From NCBI RefSeq assembly GCF_023055435.1, contig NW_025963879.1:16678001-16742000 (forward strand): a stretch of 64,000 bases of DNA, read 5' to 3'. This stretch comes from Haliotis rufescens (taxonomy: Eukaryota). Below are positions 38,977 to 64,000 of the stretch, piece after piece (the first letter of the stretch is position 1; the number at the start of each line of letters is the position of its first letter). The notes beneath the pieces were generated by a model. That model had not been told where the DNA came from and searched no databases. It saw only the letters and a list, made by a program, of their open reading frames with translations. Both the position numbers and the translations under genes were made by a program.

Positions 38977-40300
38977 TTTGATTTTTTAAACGGGCCCAGG
39001 TCGTTAACCCCAATATCATATCAGTGATCTCTAGCAGCACAGGTGCAGGTTGGCCATTGGGTAACCATGGTAACCAATAATCATTATAACATATCCAGTG
39101 TCACACATATCAATAATAAAGTTAATCACCAATTATGTACATTCATGAAGCTCATGTACTCGACAACATAATAACTGTACACATTATACTGTATACATGC
39201 CGCACTCAATTCAAAGTAACCTACATTAAAGCAAAAATATAAAGCAAGCCACTCAATGACTCATTCATAAGCTAAAAAAATATGGCTATACCAGTTGCTA
39301 TTTTAGGCACTTTGTTTGTGAGGGGATTAAGCTAATATGCTCCAGCACTAACAGAAATTCCACTCAAATAAAAATTGTGCACCATTATTCAAATGGTTAC
39401 CATGGAAATAAATAAAATGCTATTACTACACAAATATATGCCTTGTTAATTGGAAAAATTAAATAAAAAATATGCCATGATATACAAATTATGTCTTCAA
39501 ACAATGTCCCTGCCATGAAACGTTTCCTGAACTGCAAAGTCATGGAAGTGGTTTGAAGATATTATGCGGAGATGGGCCTCTAGCATCGACCATTTTATAT
39601 TCTTGGCGCGGGTGTAGGGTGAGAAATAAAAGGGGAGAAAAAAGTGCTGCAAATTTTACAAAAGAACTTGTTTCCCACACATGAATGTCCTGAAAAAAAC
39701 AGTTGTGAAAAAAATTGTTTGGCACCTTACGGAGAAAAAACAATCAGTGACTAAAAAACATTCCGTTTCAAACAAAAATCCAAACTCACCCTTTCCCTAG
39801 AATATAAAATAATCGTCCACTTAAAGACACAATTACTTTGTTTGTTTGTTGTTTAACGCCGCACTCAGCAATATTTCAGCTATATGACGGTGGTCTGTAT
39901 ATAATCGAGTCTGAACCAGACAATCCAGTGACTGACATCATGAGCATCGATCCACGCAATTAGGATACAAAGACATGCATCAAACAAGTCAGCGAGCCTG
40001 ACCACCCGATCCCGTTAGACGCCTCTTACAGGACCCCACCACTATAGTGCAGATATATTACTATGTACTAGTAATGAATAGCAACCCTCTTAAAGTGTTT
40101 TTCCATTTTTGGGTGATTTACTTCAAGGATGCAATATTTGCCAAAGTAGTTCATGAAATTCACACCAATATTTGTTTTGATGATCGTCCAAATCCCTATG
40201 ATGGCCAGTCCTCTCCCACAGCCCTGTTATGTATTGGGCAACTCTCCTGGGTCATACTCCTTAAGTCAGGTCTACACTCCAAGAAGAGATCTTAGGGTAC

Positions 40301-40472
40301 GAGCGAGTGAGTGAGTGAGTATGGTTTTACGCCGCTTTTAGCAATATTCCAGCAATAGCACGGCGGGGGACACCAGAAATGGGCTTCACACATTGTACCC
40401 ATGTCGGGAATCGAACCCAGGTCTTCAGCGTGATGAGCGAACACTATAACCACTAGGCTACGCGACCGCCCC
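40301..40472 (-). mobile_element. SINE family A
   Basis: Full length; TSD TCTTAGGGTA. Confidence 0.9.
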
Positions 40473-42702
40473 TCTTAGGGTATGAAGTAACGACAATTGA
40501 AGCACTAAGATAGACATACAACAGCTTTAGTGCCAAGCTTGTTCCAGGCAAATGGGCTGATGTGCTGGTTCAATGGCAGTATCAAATACTATTTGTACGA
40601 CAACATCTCAAAGCAGACAGTTACATACAGTCCCCAACTGGACAAGATGAATATCCCTATCAAGATTTGAGTAGCATAACCTCAACAACACTTGATACAG
40701 ATGATTATTTCATTCTCTGGATGGATTGTTTGATTCATGCAGAAATATGGTAAGTCTGAGAGTGAAAACAATTACACCAGAACCGTCAGGGAAACTGGAA
40801 TGTAGCTGAAGGGCGAGATCCCACCCAGACAAATACAATGAATGTAACACACACTGAAGCAAGGTTGTAGATTATTCTAGTAATTCAGCAATTTCAGTTC
40901 CAAATAGGGCTGGCTAAAAAGATCGATAACTGGAAGTATCGTCATGAGAACGAAAATCGATATGAAAATTGTGTCATCGATAATATCTCACATAAAAAAT
41001 TGTGATGAAATAAAGTTTAAATTTACCAGAACAGACTTGTTATTATCAATCAAGTCAATTGCCAAAGAAGGAAAGCAACTGTTTTTGCTCTAACATTTAT
41101 GTCCAAGAGTAATCCATGCATAGATATGTCATAAGTGTGTTGATTTCTTTCAGATTTTTGCATATTTGCTTAAAGTTACTTCTCCTATATATATCAATAA
41201 TTGATCGATATTTAGTTGACGATTATTGATCTCCATGATCCGTAATGATCGCTAGCCCTAGCTACAAATAGTCAGATTTATTGTTTTTCTTTAATTTGGG
41301 GATAATTAATTCCAACCAATCCAGAACAGCATAACAAGGTGGGTAGAGTTGGCAGGATCACAAGCCCCAGAAGCAGGTGACAGTAATACTACCCTTCTTT
41401 TGTTGGGAAAATGTAAATAATGTACCTCCATGCCAATCCAAACACATTGCAATTACCAATTATGTGCTTCTCTGCTACTAGGCTTAAAGTGAGTTAAGTT
41501 TGGATCAACTTAAATTAAACATATTCACTAAGGTTGTTTGGCAATGGAATACACTGGACAATTTGAAAAGAAAATCTACATTTTCAGAGTTTCTTTGAAA
41601 GGGTCAGGCATGCATGTTAGGCTCAGAGGTCTTTGTTGCATCTAAGTCGGTATTGTCAGGAGCAAAATCATCAATTTGTGAACAAAACCTGAATCTCATT
41701 AATCAGGGATTAATTAGAGATGTGAACAAATCCTACATACCTTCTTATTGCTTATTTCCTTCATAACCTGATCGATTTGGATGTCAGCCAAATCATCCAG
41801 ATTAGCATTAGTGGGTGGGTGTTGGGTCATCGCTGATTGTAACAGTATTTCAGTTATATCACAGCAGGTAAGCTTAATGTGGGAGGAAAGCCCTAAGTGA
41901 GAAAAGATGCATGTTGTCGACTTTTACCACTTTGATGAAACCGTGAGCGCAGAACAAGGATCATAACAATGTGGGATTCAAATGAGCAGCAGGTCCTGGT
42001 GGGGCTAAGGGATGCAACTCTGCACAGCAAATTGCAGTGCGGAGACCATTGCATCCCTGTCCAGGTGACCAATGTGTTGTAGAGAAGGCTCAAGAGGACA
42101 ATGGCCTGTGTCAGACAGGTTAGACTGATTCAAGCTGGGAAAGAACTGCTCAAATACCAGACTTGGTATGGATCAAGACAATATACAGCATAACACACAG
42201 AATGAGATAAAATATGTGAGACAAGAAAGGCATTCGAATTATTACACCAGACCAATGTCAATGTCGAACCCAGCAGTAATGAAGTGGATTTCGCATTCAT
42301 TATTTGCATCAAGTGATTTACTGCCAGGCTCCGGACCTCAAAATTTGATTACTTGTTATTACCATACACCCACAATTGGGTGTAACTGTGGCTTGATCAT
42401 TGAAGTGAAGACAGTGACGGATCTGAAGGTGGTGATGTGTCGCATGACGGATCCCTGCTTGGAGTTGGCAAACTCCACACAGAAAGGAATGCTCTTTGAC
42501 AGGTCCATTATGCCATGACAGTGAAACAGTTTCTTTGTTGCCAGCAAGTTTACCCGAATAAGCGAACCAAGAAAAGATTATGAGTTTGTCATGGGTCGAA
42601 ATGGACAGTCAATGTTCTCAGGTGATAACAGAAAGGTGAACGAAAGGAAGAGTATCACAAGATGCTTTAGTGGTTGCTAGTCTAACTCCCAGATTTGGGT
42701 CG

Positions 42703-55769
<13,067 letters not shown>

Positions 55770-56224
55770 TGCGAAAATCTCAATACACTTCTGTTCCACG
55801 AAATTCCAGTCACTCGATTGTCATCCAGTCACGTTTTCTCACCATGCAACCCGGAATCTTACGCAAGGCGGAAGTTGTATGCCGCCAGAAAAGTAGTTCT
55901 GAGTATTTGCCTTTTTTATGTTATATTTGAACTTTTCAATACATTTATGTTTCTTATATTGGACCTTACATTTTTATATCACAAAATACATGTAATTATC
56001 AATAAATCCACATTTCTTGTAACAAGAATTTACTTCATACGTCTAAAGGTGTACTTACGTATATTTTGATTGGTCAGTTGTACCTTATACGACCAATCAT
56101 ATGCGTTTACTCATAAGTACTTCGGAGTGGTAGCACCTTGGAAACGGCGACAAGATGGCGTTCTAAACATGAAGTTTTGAGTTAGGCTACTGCATATTTT
56201 TTTACATAGGATTACAAGAAACAA
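55770..56224. promoter_or_regulatory. Bidirectional promoter of PRELID3 (-) and HYDIN (+), including a probable non-coding HYDIN exon 1 ending at 56224
   Basis: ETS-type GCGGAAGT (~55868), opposed CCAAT boxes (~56069, ~56092), X-box-like CCTTGGAAAC (~56136-56145), YY1-type CAAGATGGCG (56151-56160) and donor AA|GTGAGT at 56224/56225. Confidence 0.6.
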
Positions 56225-57306
56225 GTGAGTAACTTCTTCCCAATTCCCATGCATCAAATATTGATTCAAGGTTATAACCATGAATTATGTTGTCACATTT
56301 GAAAGTTGTATATTTTCTATTCAATCTACAATCGAGGCAAAGTAAGGCGAAATATTTGGTGTTTCAGATTGTTTTGTTTATGTCAATATTTAGCCCTGTC
56401 TACAACGTTTCGTTGAACAGTGAATGATATTTATTGTCATTGGTTATCGGCTCTCTGTTACCGCTAGACTCATAACAAGAATGCATGAAAAAATCAATTG
56501 AGTTATAATGTATGTTGTTTTTCTCTCGAATATCACAATAATTTTGCTTTGAGTTTTCAAGCACCTGTCATTTAAGATACATGTGTTGAAATGAATTAAT
56601 TTTCTCTTAAGTAAGTCATGAATTTCTTTGTATATTCATCAACCAAGTTTATTTGTATTTATTTTGTATCTCTATGATGAATTCCCAATAACACAACATC
56701 TTTGAACACTTTGAATGGCAAAAATTCCTCTTGCAAAATGTATTGTTAAAAATATTTATACTGATAGGAATAGAAGTGTGTTATATAGGCCAGTGTTATA
56801 GGTAAGTATTCATTTGAAACTGTACAATTAAGCCTATTCAATTAACACAAAGACACATACAAAATATCTGGTCACATAGCCTGAACACCTGAACCGTTTT
56901 AATTGACTTTTACAACAATCATTTGATACTGACCATTTTGACCCAAGAATCACCAAAGGACATTTGTTTTTTAATATAACAGTATTTGAAATTAGAGGGT
57001 CCTGAGGTCTGTGTTCATTTTAAAGAGTGCAACTAACAGATTTCAAATACATAATTAGAAACACCTTCAAATTTGAAAACACTTTCAAGTTTTGGACTTG
57101 CCACATAATCAAATGCATTATTATAGCTGAAATGAGTGAAAAAGTATAAGCAAGTACGTAACTCAACATGAATTTTTGTTTATACTTGCTGGGGTCAAAG
57201 GATTGCTCAACTTCAAATATTAGAAATCTCTTCCTGAAAACCTCGAAATCAGCCTTTTGGGCACATTCTATCCTCATCTATGCATTTTGTGTTCTCATAA
57301 GTCACA

Positions 57307-57472
57307 GGGGCGGTCGGGTAGCCTAGTGGTTAAAGCGTTCGCTCGTCACGCCGAAGACCCAGGTTCGATTCCCGAAATGGGTACAATATGTGAAGCCCAT
57401 TTCTGGTGTCCCCCGCCGTGATATTGCTGGAATATTGCTAAAAGCAGCGTAAAACCATACTCACTCACTCAC
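57307..57472 (+). mobile_element. SINE family A
   Basis: Full length; TSD CTCATAAGTC. Confidence 0.92.
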
Positions 57473-57647
57473 TCTCATAAGTCCCATTCATGCAAATCTT
57501 GAAGTCCAGTTCTCACACATGTGATAACTTTAACACCAATGTCAACATTTTCTGCTAAATTCTTAAATTTTGCAGATCTTGTATGGCAAACAGGGCCATT
57601 ATCCTTCCTCGTTCTTTACACAAAAATCTCTCTTTTGTCATAGCAAA

Positions 57648-60600
57648 ATGCCGCTTGGACCGTTTGGTGAGGTGGTCGGTACCACTGGTACCCTAGAGTC
57701 ACTAACTGCGGAAGCATTACAAGAATACAAGACAAAAGTCATCGCACCACGGAATCCCAAACTCATCAGGGATGATGACCCTGAACATAAGGTAATACTA
57801 TGTCATTCTTATCCTAACCCTATGTTAAGCTAGCAACCAGTCTTTGTAAATATGTACACTTTATGTGATGATAGCAACATAAGGTAATACTATGTTTTAT
57901 TTCATTCTTATCCTAGCCCCATGTTAAACTAACAACCAGTCCTTGTAAATATGTACACTTTATGTGATGATAGACAGTAAGACTGTCATAGTTAATATAT
58001 TTGAATGATTTAAGTTTATCTTAATAGGTATATCAGAGTTAGAAATTGGCACTAGTCCTATAGTCCTTGCCAATCTGCCCAATAGTTAAGATATCATAAG
58101 GACTAGTAGATATTTGCCATTTTTAAGGGTTTTGCTATATGTTATCAATATATAAGGACTAGTGGACCAAAAATGTTAGTTTCTACCACTGTATATGACT
58201 TCATCCGATTCCACTAGCATTATATTTGTACATGGTTTCTCCGTTCAATCTATGAAAACCCCCAAAATTCTGTTTTTGGATAATTTGAAACACTTTTCAA
58301 CCTTGGAAAAGTGGTCAACTTAATGTAGCTTGATGTCCTAATTTCTGTCAAAGAGTCCAATGTTTGAATCATGACGATTGATCCAAGGCACAGTTTCTGT
58401 GCAATACCTCAGATAGATAATACTTATTGTGTACACTAATCATGCTAATGCTGATAAACATAATAAATACTTTGTTTGATTGTTTGACTATTTCAGCTGG
58501 ACTTGGAAGTTAAGGTAGCAGACCAATTTGTACAATGGGTATTGGTAGATGGTCTTTCAGTATTTAATTACTAATACTAGCGGTCGTTTTAGTGGGTAGT
58601 AGTTGTCATGTGATGACTGAATCTTGTTAACACAGTCCATGCGAGAAGGCATACAAGTAGTTTATATTGTTCTCTTACAGTCCTTTTAGTCTGTTCTAGC
58701 CAGATCACAGACTCTATTGTTTTAGTGGCTTCATGAACTAATATTACTAGCCAAACAGAAAGACTAGACTACAATTTGGGCTAGTGGTTACAAGCAAGGC
58801 TTGGATATTATTTGTAAACATTAATAAGTAAACACTATTAGATGTAAAAGGTAGTGCAACACACTAGTTTTCTATTTAGCTATGTTATGGGTACCTCTCC
58901 CAGTTCCAAGGGAATCAGCAGTTTCGGTCCCATGTACTGCCTTCTTATAGAAGAATACTAAGGACACACAAATCATATTTATCATTTTACAGACGGACCT
59001 AATCTTTTTTTCTTTTTTTTTTCTTTTATCGTTTTTAGAAAGACGCACCTGTTACATAAATGAGCTTCCGCCCAGGGTAGCAGAAAGCCCATGACATAAA
59101 GCACAACTTATCAGTACATCTTACTTTGTTGTTTTTTATACAGAAAATAACATACTTCTCACTCACACATTCACTCTTGTTTATATATCATATTGCAGTT
59201 TAGGAAAGTACATGGTCTCAAACATTAAAATCTTAAGTACAAAACTAAAATTAAATTGAAAGCTGCTCCTCATTTTCGAAAAGTTGATGATACAGCATCC
59301 AAGCACCATAGAATTTCTGTTGATTACCTGTCTTGAAAGCAATATCTTTTTCAATGTTGTATCGTGAAAAAGCTTCCTTTTTATAAACATGAAAATAAGG
59401 TTTTGTATTTTGGAATTTGCATCTATAAATATAGTATTTTGCAATTAGTAAAAGTAAATCAAACACTTTATCTGTTTTTATGTTCTCTTTAACTCCAAAA
59501 AGTATCAATTCTGCACAAAATGTCATATTATAAACATGAAAGCACTGGTCGATCCACAATGACACTTCATCCCAAAATTGTTTTGACCTAATCTTATTTA
59601 TGTGAATATAAATAAAATGATTTAAAAAGTTATATTGGAAATGGACTTTGGCTATTTTGATTTTTTTTTTTTAATTGGGTTAAAATTCTATATCATGAGG
59701 TCTTTCTAGAAATTAACCTCACATGAACTCTCACTTCTTTTGATTTTATAAAGTTTGCATCTTGGCATATTGGCTAAGAAGTTCTATAAAAACCTGAAAC
59801 AAACTGGTCAGGCCGTAGTAGCAAAAGGGATGTTGTTGTTACATTGGCTTCTGTGAACTGACATTACTTGATCACCAATGAAACGGCAGACTCACAAGTC
59901 TATAAATACCCTTGGTTTGGGCATAAAATACACACTTCATTCAACAGGTCTGTTTTAGGTAATGAAATGGATATCAAAATCTGTGATATTTCGATTTTCA
60001 AAGAAACACCACCATTTGCTGCTGTGAGATGGTCTTCAGTACCTAGTAACACATCGTCAGTACTTTACAGGGATGTGTTTTACTCTGTTCCTCCATCAGC
60101 AAGGGGACCCGTGAAGATCCGGGGGAGAATAGGTCTTCAGCAACCCAGGCCTGCCGTAAAAGGCAACTATGCTTGTCGTAAGAGGCGACTAATGGGATCG
60201 GGTGCTCAGGCTCGCTGACTTGGTTGATGCATGTCATCGTATCCCATTTGCGTTGATTGATGTTCGTGATATCAATCACTGGATTGTCTGGTCCAGGCTC
60301 GATTATTTACAGACTGACGTCATTTAGCTCGAATATTGCTGAGTGCGGCGTTAAACAACAAACAAACCTCATCAATGCAGGCTTTGTAAACACTGCTACA
60401 TTCCTCCTTTGGGAAGTATTGACGATGGAGTGTAAATTGATAGAACTTTTTGAAGGCACTTAGTTATTGCTTCATAGCCTGACTCTTTTTAGTTTAATAA
60501 AACTGCCGAGCTACCTATCTAGCCATGCCTAGCCTAGATACTGTAGGTGAATTTAGACTTCTAGATGTAAAGCCTCAGACTTGAGTCTGAAGCAACTCTC

Positions 60601-62201
60601 ACTGACTCTCTCCTCCAATAGTGGTGAACTGAGTGTTTGGAATACTACATGGAGAAACAACCTGTGTTGGTACTGTGTTATCAACTTGTAGTGCCGGGTG
60701 AAGGATTGTTGGTTATGGCTGCTGTCACTCCTCTATTTGTTTATTATAGTGAATTCCTTGGAATCAAAAGTTTGAACTTATAGGAATAAAAAATACATCT
60801 TTAATGTGTATGTATTTGTTCACTTTGTAGCTCACTTTTGCAAAGTCTCTCATCCTGTTAACTGTCTTCCATTGTCACCTGGGTTAGAAATTTGTTACTG
60901 TTTTCACTGGTCAGCAAAAATGACCAGCTACTGAGCCATGTACCTTATGGTAAAAGTGGCAGTATGCACAGAAATGTCACTAGTCCTTACTGATTGTTAA
61001 TAGTCGAGGACATGCAGACGTGTGTTAGTTTTGAACTCTGTGTAAGGGTGGATGGATTGTAGGGCTGGGACAGGTAACTCGGGTACTCAGGTCGGTGGGT
61101 ACTGAGTAGGACACGGGTACCCACAGGATTACCTGAATCATTGGTTGGTCACGTGATTATATTGTTTACTGTATTCGACGTAATAAGCGCCCAGGATGCT
61201 CTCAAAATTAGACATAGGGGGCTCTTATTAGACTATTATTTTGGTGGGAAAAAAACGGGGTTTATGCTGACAGCCTGAAATGTTCATGTACGACAGATAT
61301 ATTTTTCCAGAATTTAATTGCCCATAAATAAGGGTGCATATAACACACGTGTGCGTATTATACCGAATAAATAAGTCTTGTTTACATTGATCAATTTGAA
61401 GGAATGCTAATTGGGCTTGTTCACATATCAGCAAATATCGCCGTGCGCGCTTATGACGTCGAATACGGTAATGGCAAAAATTATCTAGAACTCTATGGTA
61501 ACACTATAAGTGACAAATGTTCACATTTCTTTCTCACTGTGCACCCATTCCTTCTGACTTTATATGTTTGCATAAAGATAACATAGGTTGGGTAATAGGA
61601 GGGGATGGGGAGTACGCGGGTTGTAAATTTGGATTCATCCCAGCCCTAATGGATTGTTTCTTCTTTAGAAACAGTTGCAAATTAGATGTATATTGATGGT
61701 GTATTGTTGTATGAAAATTGAACATGATCATGTTATTTCATTATTGAATCTACGAATATGCTCTTCTTTATTGTGTTATTGAAACATGCTATTACTTTGA
61801 TTGTGTTGGAATCTGTTAGCATGGTTAGATTGCTACTTTGATTGTGTTGCAACACATAAATTCAGTTAATTTACATTTCAAATCTAGTCTGAGAGACAAT
61901 GGTCAGTATGGACATCTGCACATTCTTTCATGACTGACAGTGTTCTGTTTTGAAGCTTGATTTTTTTGGAAATGTTCTTGCCACATTAATCACTTAAATG
62001 TAGACTTGTAAAACATCCATTCCTTCAATGTTGTCAAGAAAATGATCATGATGATGGCAATTTGTCAAATTGCAGATGACCCCAAGCAAGTTCCTATTTG
62101 ACATGTCTATGGACACTGACCAGAAGCTGGCCAATACTCGGACAATGCGGATCCCTCGTAAGGTGGAGCTTCTTGACATGGGGGAAACATCACTACAGAA
62201 G
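57648..62201 (+). CDS. HYDIN: HYDIN (axonemal central-pair protein), first two coding exons 57648-57791 and 62076-62201; the gene continues beyond the window
   Basis: ...EYKTKVIAPRNPKLIRDDDPEHK|MTPSKFLFDMSMDTDQKLANTRTMRIPRKVELLDMGETSLQK aligns with the remembered vertebrate HYDIN N-terminus (...SKVLPPLSPKVV...LTPSEFLKEMSLTTEQRLAKTRLMCRPQIIELLDMGETTHQK). GT-AG, phase 0. Confidence 0.9.
59007..59584 (-). mobile_element. 5'-truncated L1/Tx1-type LINE (ORF2 C-terminus, 3' UTR and poly-A)
   Basis: KQFWDEV...LILFG...LLLLIAKYYIYRCK...KP is typical of L1/Tx1 ORF2 downstream of the zinc knuckle. A-rich tail; 11-bp TSD GACCTAATCTT (58996 and 59585). Confidence 0.85.
60107..60366 (+). mobile_element. 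Family B element, full length
   Basis: Matches the 27409 copy. Confidence 0.85.
61060..61648. mobile_element. hAT-type MITE (same family as 35364)
   Basis: TIR TAGGGCTGGGA/TCCCAGCCCTA, 8-bp TSD ATGGATTG, and ~250 bp of extra internal sequence. Confidence 0.88.
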
Positions 62202-62344
62202 GTCAGTGCAATTTCATGTCATGCTCTATAACTAAATAATGATCATTTTTATCTAACTATGAAAGGATATTTTACAAATGTATGACATACGATCTGTGTT
62301 GACTAATGTCAAGGCACATGGTGTGCATGTGTAAATTACTATGT

Positions 62345-62540
62345 CACAGACATGCATGAATTCTTCAAGGCATGCTTCGGATGAGTCTAACATTGTCAGC
62401 TTGCCTCATGTTCTTCCACTCTTCAGTGAGAGCAACACTGACTTCATTGAGAGTGTAGGGTGGATTTTGATGTTGACGTACACGATGTCCCAGACATGTT
62501 CAGTGGGGGAAAAGTCAGGACTGAGTGCTGGTCATGGCAT
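62345..62540 (-). pseudogene. Tc1/mariner transposase C-terminal relic
   Basis: MP*PALSPDFSPTEHVWDI / RVRQHQNPPYTLNEVSVALTEEWKNMRQADNVRLIRSMP*RIHACL matches the Tc1 pattern WPxxSPDLNPIEHVW...L..AL.EEW..I....I..LI.SMPRR...C, with stops and one frameshift. Confidence 0.85.
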
Positions 62541-64000
62541 GTTGACGTACACGATGTCCCAGACATGTTCAGTGGGGGAAAAGTCAGGACTGAGTGCTGG
62601 TCATGGCATGTTGACGTACACGATGTCCCAGACGTGTTCAGTGGGGGAAAAGTCAGGACTGAGTGCTGGTCATGGCATGTTGACGTACGATGTCCCAGAC
62701 GTGTTCAGTAGGGGAAAAGTCAGGACTGAGTGCTGGTCATGGCATGTTGATGTACACGATGTCCCAGACGTGTTCAGTGGGGGAAAAGTCAGGACTGAGT
62801 GCTGGTCATGGCATGTTGACGTACGATGTCCCAGACGTGTTCAGTAGGGGAAAAGTCAGGACTGAGTGCTGGTCATGGCATGTTGATGTACACGATGTCC
62901 CAGACGTGTTCAGTGGGGGGAAAAGTCAGGACTGAGTGCTGGTCATGGCATGTTGACGTACACGATGTCCCAGACGTGTTCAGTGGGGGAAAAGTCAGGA
63001 CTGAGTGCTGGTCATGGCATGTTGACGTACAGGATGTCCCAGACGTGTTCAGTGGGGGAAAAGTCAGGACTGAGTGCTGGTCATGGCATGTTGACGTACA
63101 CGATGTCCCAGACATGTTCAGTGGGGGGAAAGTCAGGACTGAGTGTTGGTCATGGCATGTTGACGTACACGATGTCCCAGACATGTTCAGTGGGGGAAAA
63201 GTCAGGACTGAGTGCTGGTCATGGCATGTTGACGTACAGGATGTCCCAGACGTGTTCAGTGGGGGAAAAGTCAGGACTGAGTGCTGGTCATGGCATGTTG
63301 ACGTACACGATGTCCCAGACATGTTCAGTGGGGGGAAAGTCAGGACTGAGTGTTGGTCATGGCATGTTGACGTACACGATGTCCCAGACATGTTCAGTGG
63401 GGGAAAAGTCAGGACTGAGTGCTGGTCATGGCATGTTGACGTACACGATGTCCCAGACATGTTCAGTGGGGGAAAAGTCAGGACTGAGTGCTGGTCATGG
63501 CATGTTGACGTACACGATGTCCCAGACGTGTTCAGTGGGGGAAAAGTCAGGACTGAGTGCTGGTCATGGCATGTTGACGTACGATGTCCCAGACGTGTTC
63601 AGTAGGGGAAAAGTCAGGACTGAGTGCTGGTCATGGCATGTTGATGTACACGATGTCCCAGACGTGTTCAGTGGGGGGAAAAGTCAGGACTGAGTGCTGG
63701 TCATGGCATGTTGATGTACACGATGTCCCAGACGTGTTCAGTGGGGGAAAAGTCAGGACTGAGTGCTGGTCATGGCATGTTGACGTACAGGATGTCCCAG
63801 ACGTGTTCAGTGGGGGAAAAGTCAGGACTGAGTGCTGGTCATGGCATGTTGACGTACACGATGTCCCAGACATGTTCAGTGGGGGGAAAGTCAGGACTGA
63901 GTGTTGGTCATGGCATGTTGACGTACACAATGTCCCAGACGTGTTCAGTGGGGGGAAAGTCAGGACTGAGTGTTGGTCATGGCATGTTGACGTACACGCT
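62471..64000 (+). repeat. 69-bp minisatellite (at least 22 units, runs off the window) derived from Tc1 transposase
   Basis: Unit TGTTGACGTACACGATGTCCCAGACATGTTCAGTGGGGGAAAAGTCAGGACTGAGTGCTGGTCATGGCA, with 67- and 70-bp variants. Confidence 0.97.

Noticed and set aside
36885-42702. Very long PRELID3 3' UTR ending at an AATAAA near 36890
   Set aside because: There are several candidate poly-A signals in AT-rich DNA, and the right one cannot be chosen without transcript data.
58497-58538. Possible small in-frame HYDIN cassette exon after TTTCAG
   Set aside because: The donors are weak, and the flanking exons already align contiguously with the known HYDIN N-terminus.
62341-63930. CxxC/His-rich repeat ORFs (e.g. 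CTSTCHDQH, ECWSWH)
   Set aside because: They are alternative frames of the 69-bp Tc1-derived unit; the ancestral frame has a stop in every unit.

Overview
Eukaryotic, intron-rich invertebrate genomic DNA; the repeat families look molluscan/gastropod, which is my inference and unverified. Left half (1-32 kb): a tandem and inverted cluster of five intact copies of an unrecognised spliced gene. Each copy has coding exons of 124+46+646 nt and encodes 271 aa; four copies are on the - strand and one is on the + strand. The protein has an N-terminal LxxIxE (PP2A-B56-type) motif, a central coiled coil and a basic C-terminal tail with SILK and RVxF-type (PP1-type) motifs. Each copy has a pair of perfect CRE palindromes upstream. 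The copies are separated by 26-bp minisatellite arrays that shrink along the cluster, and a 32/64-bp satellite follows the inverted copy. Right half: a tRNA-Thr(CGT) gene; a complete 6-exon PRELI-domain gene (PRELID3/slowmo-like, - strand) head-to-head with the 5' end of HYDIN (+ strand); three SINE-like families sharing one 3' tail; several MITEs; a 5'-truncated L1/Tx1-type LINE; and a 69-bp minisatellite built from the catalytic-glutamate motif of a dead Tc1 transposase. The long ORFs in the supplied track that lie over tandem arrays are artefacts. All identifications come from reading the sequence and from remembered family motifs; no database search was run.
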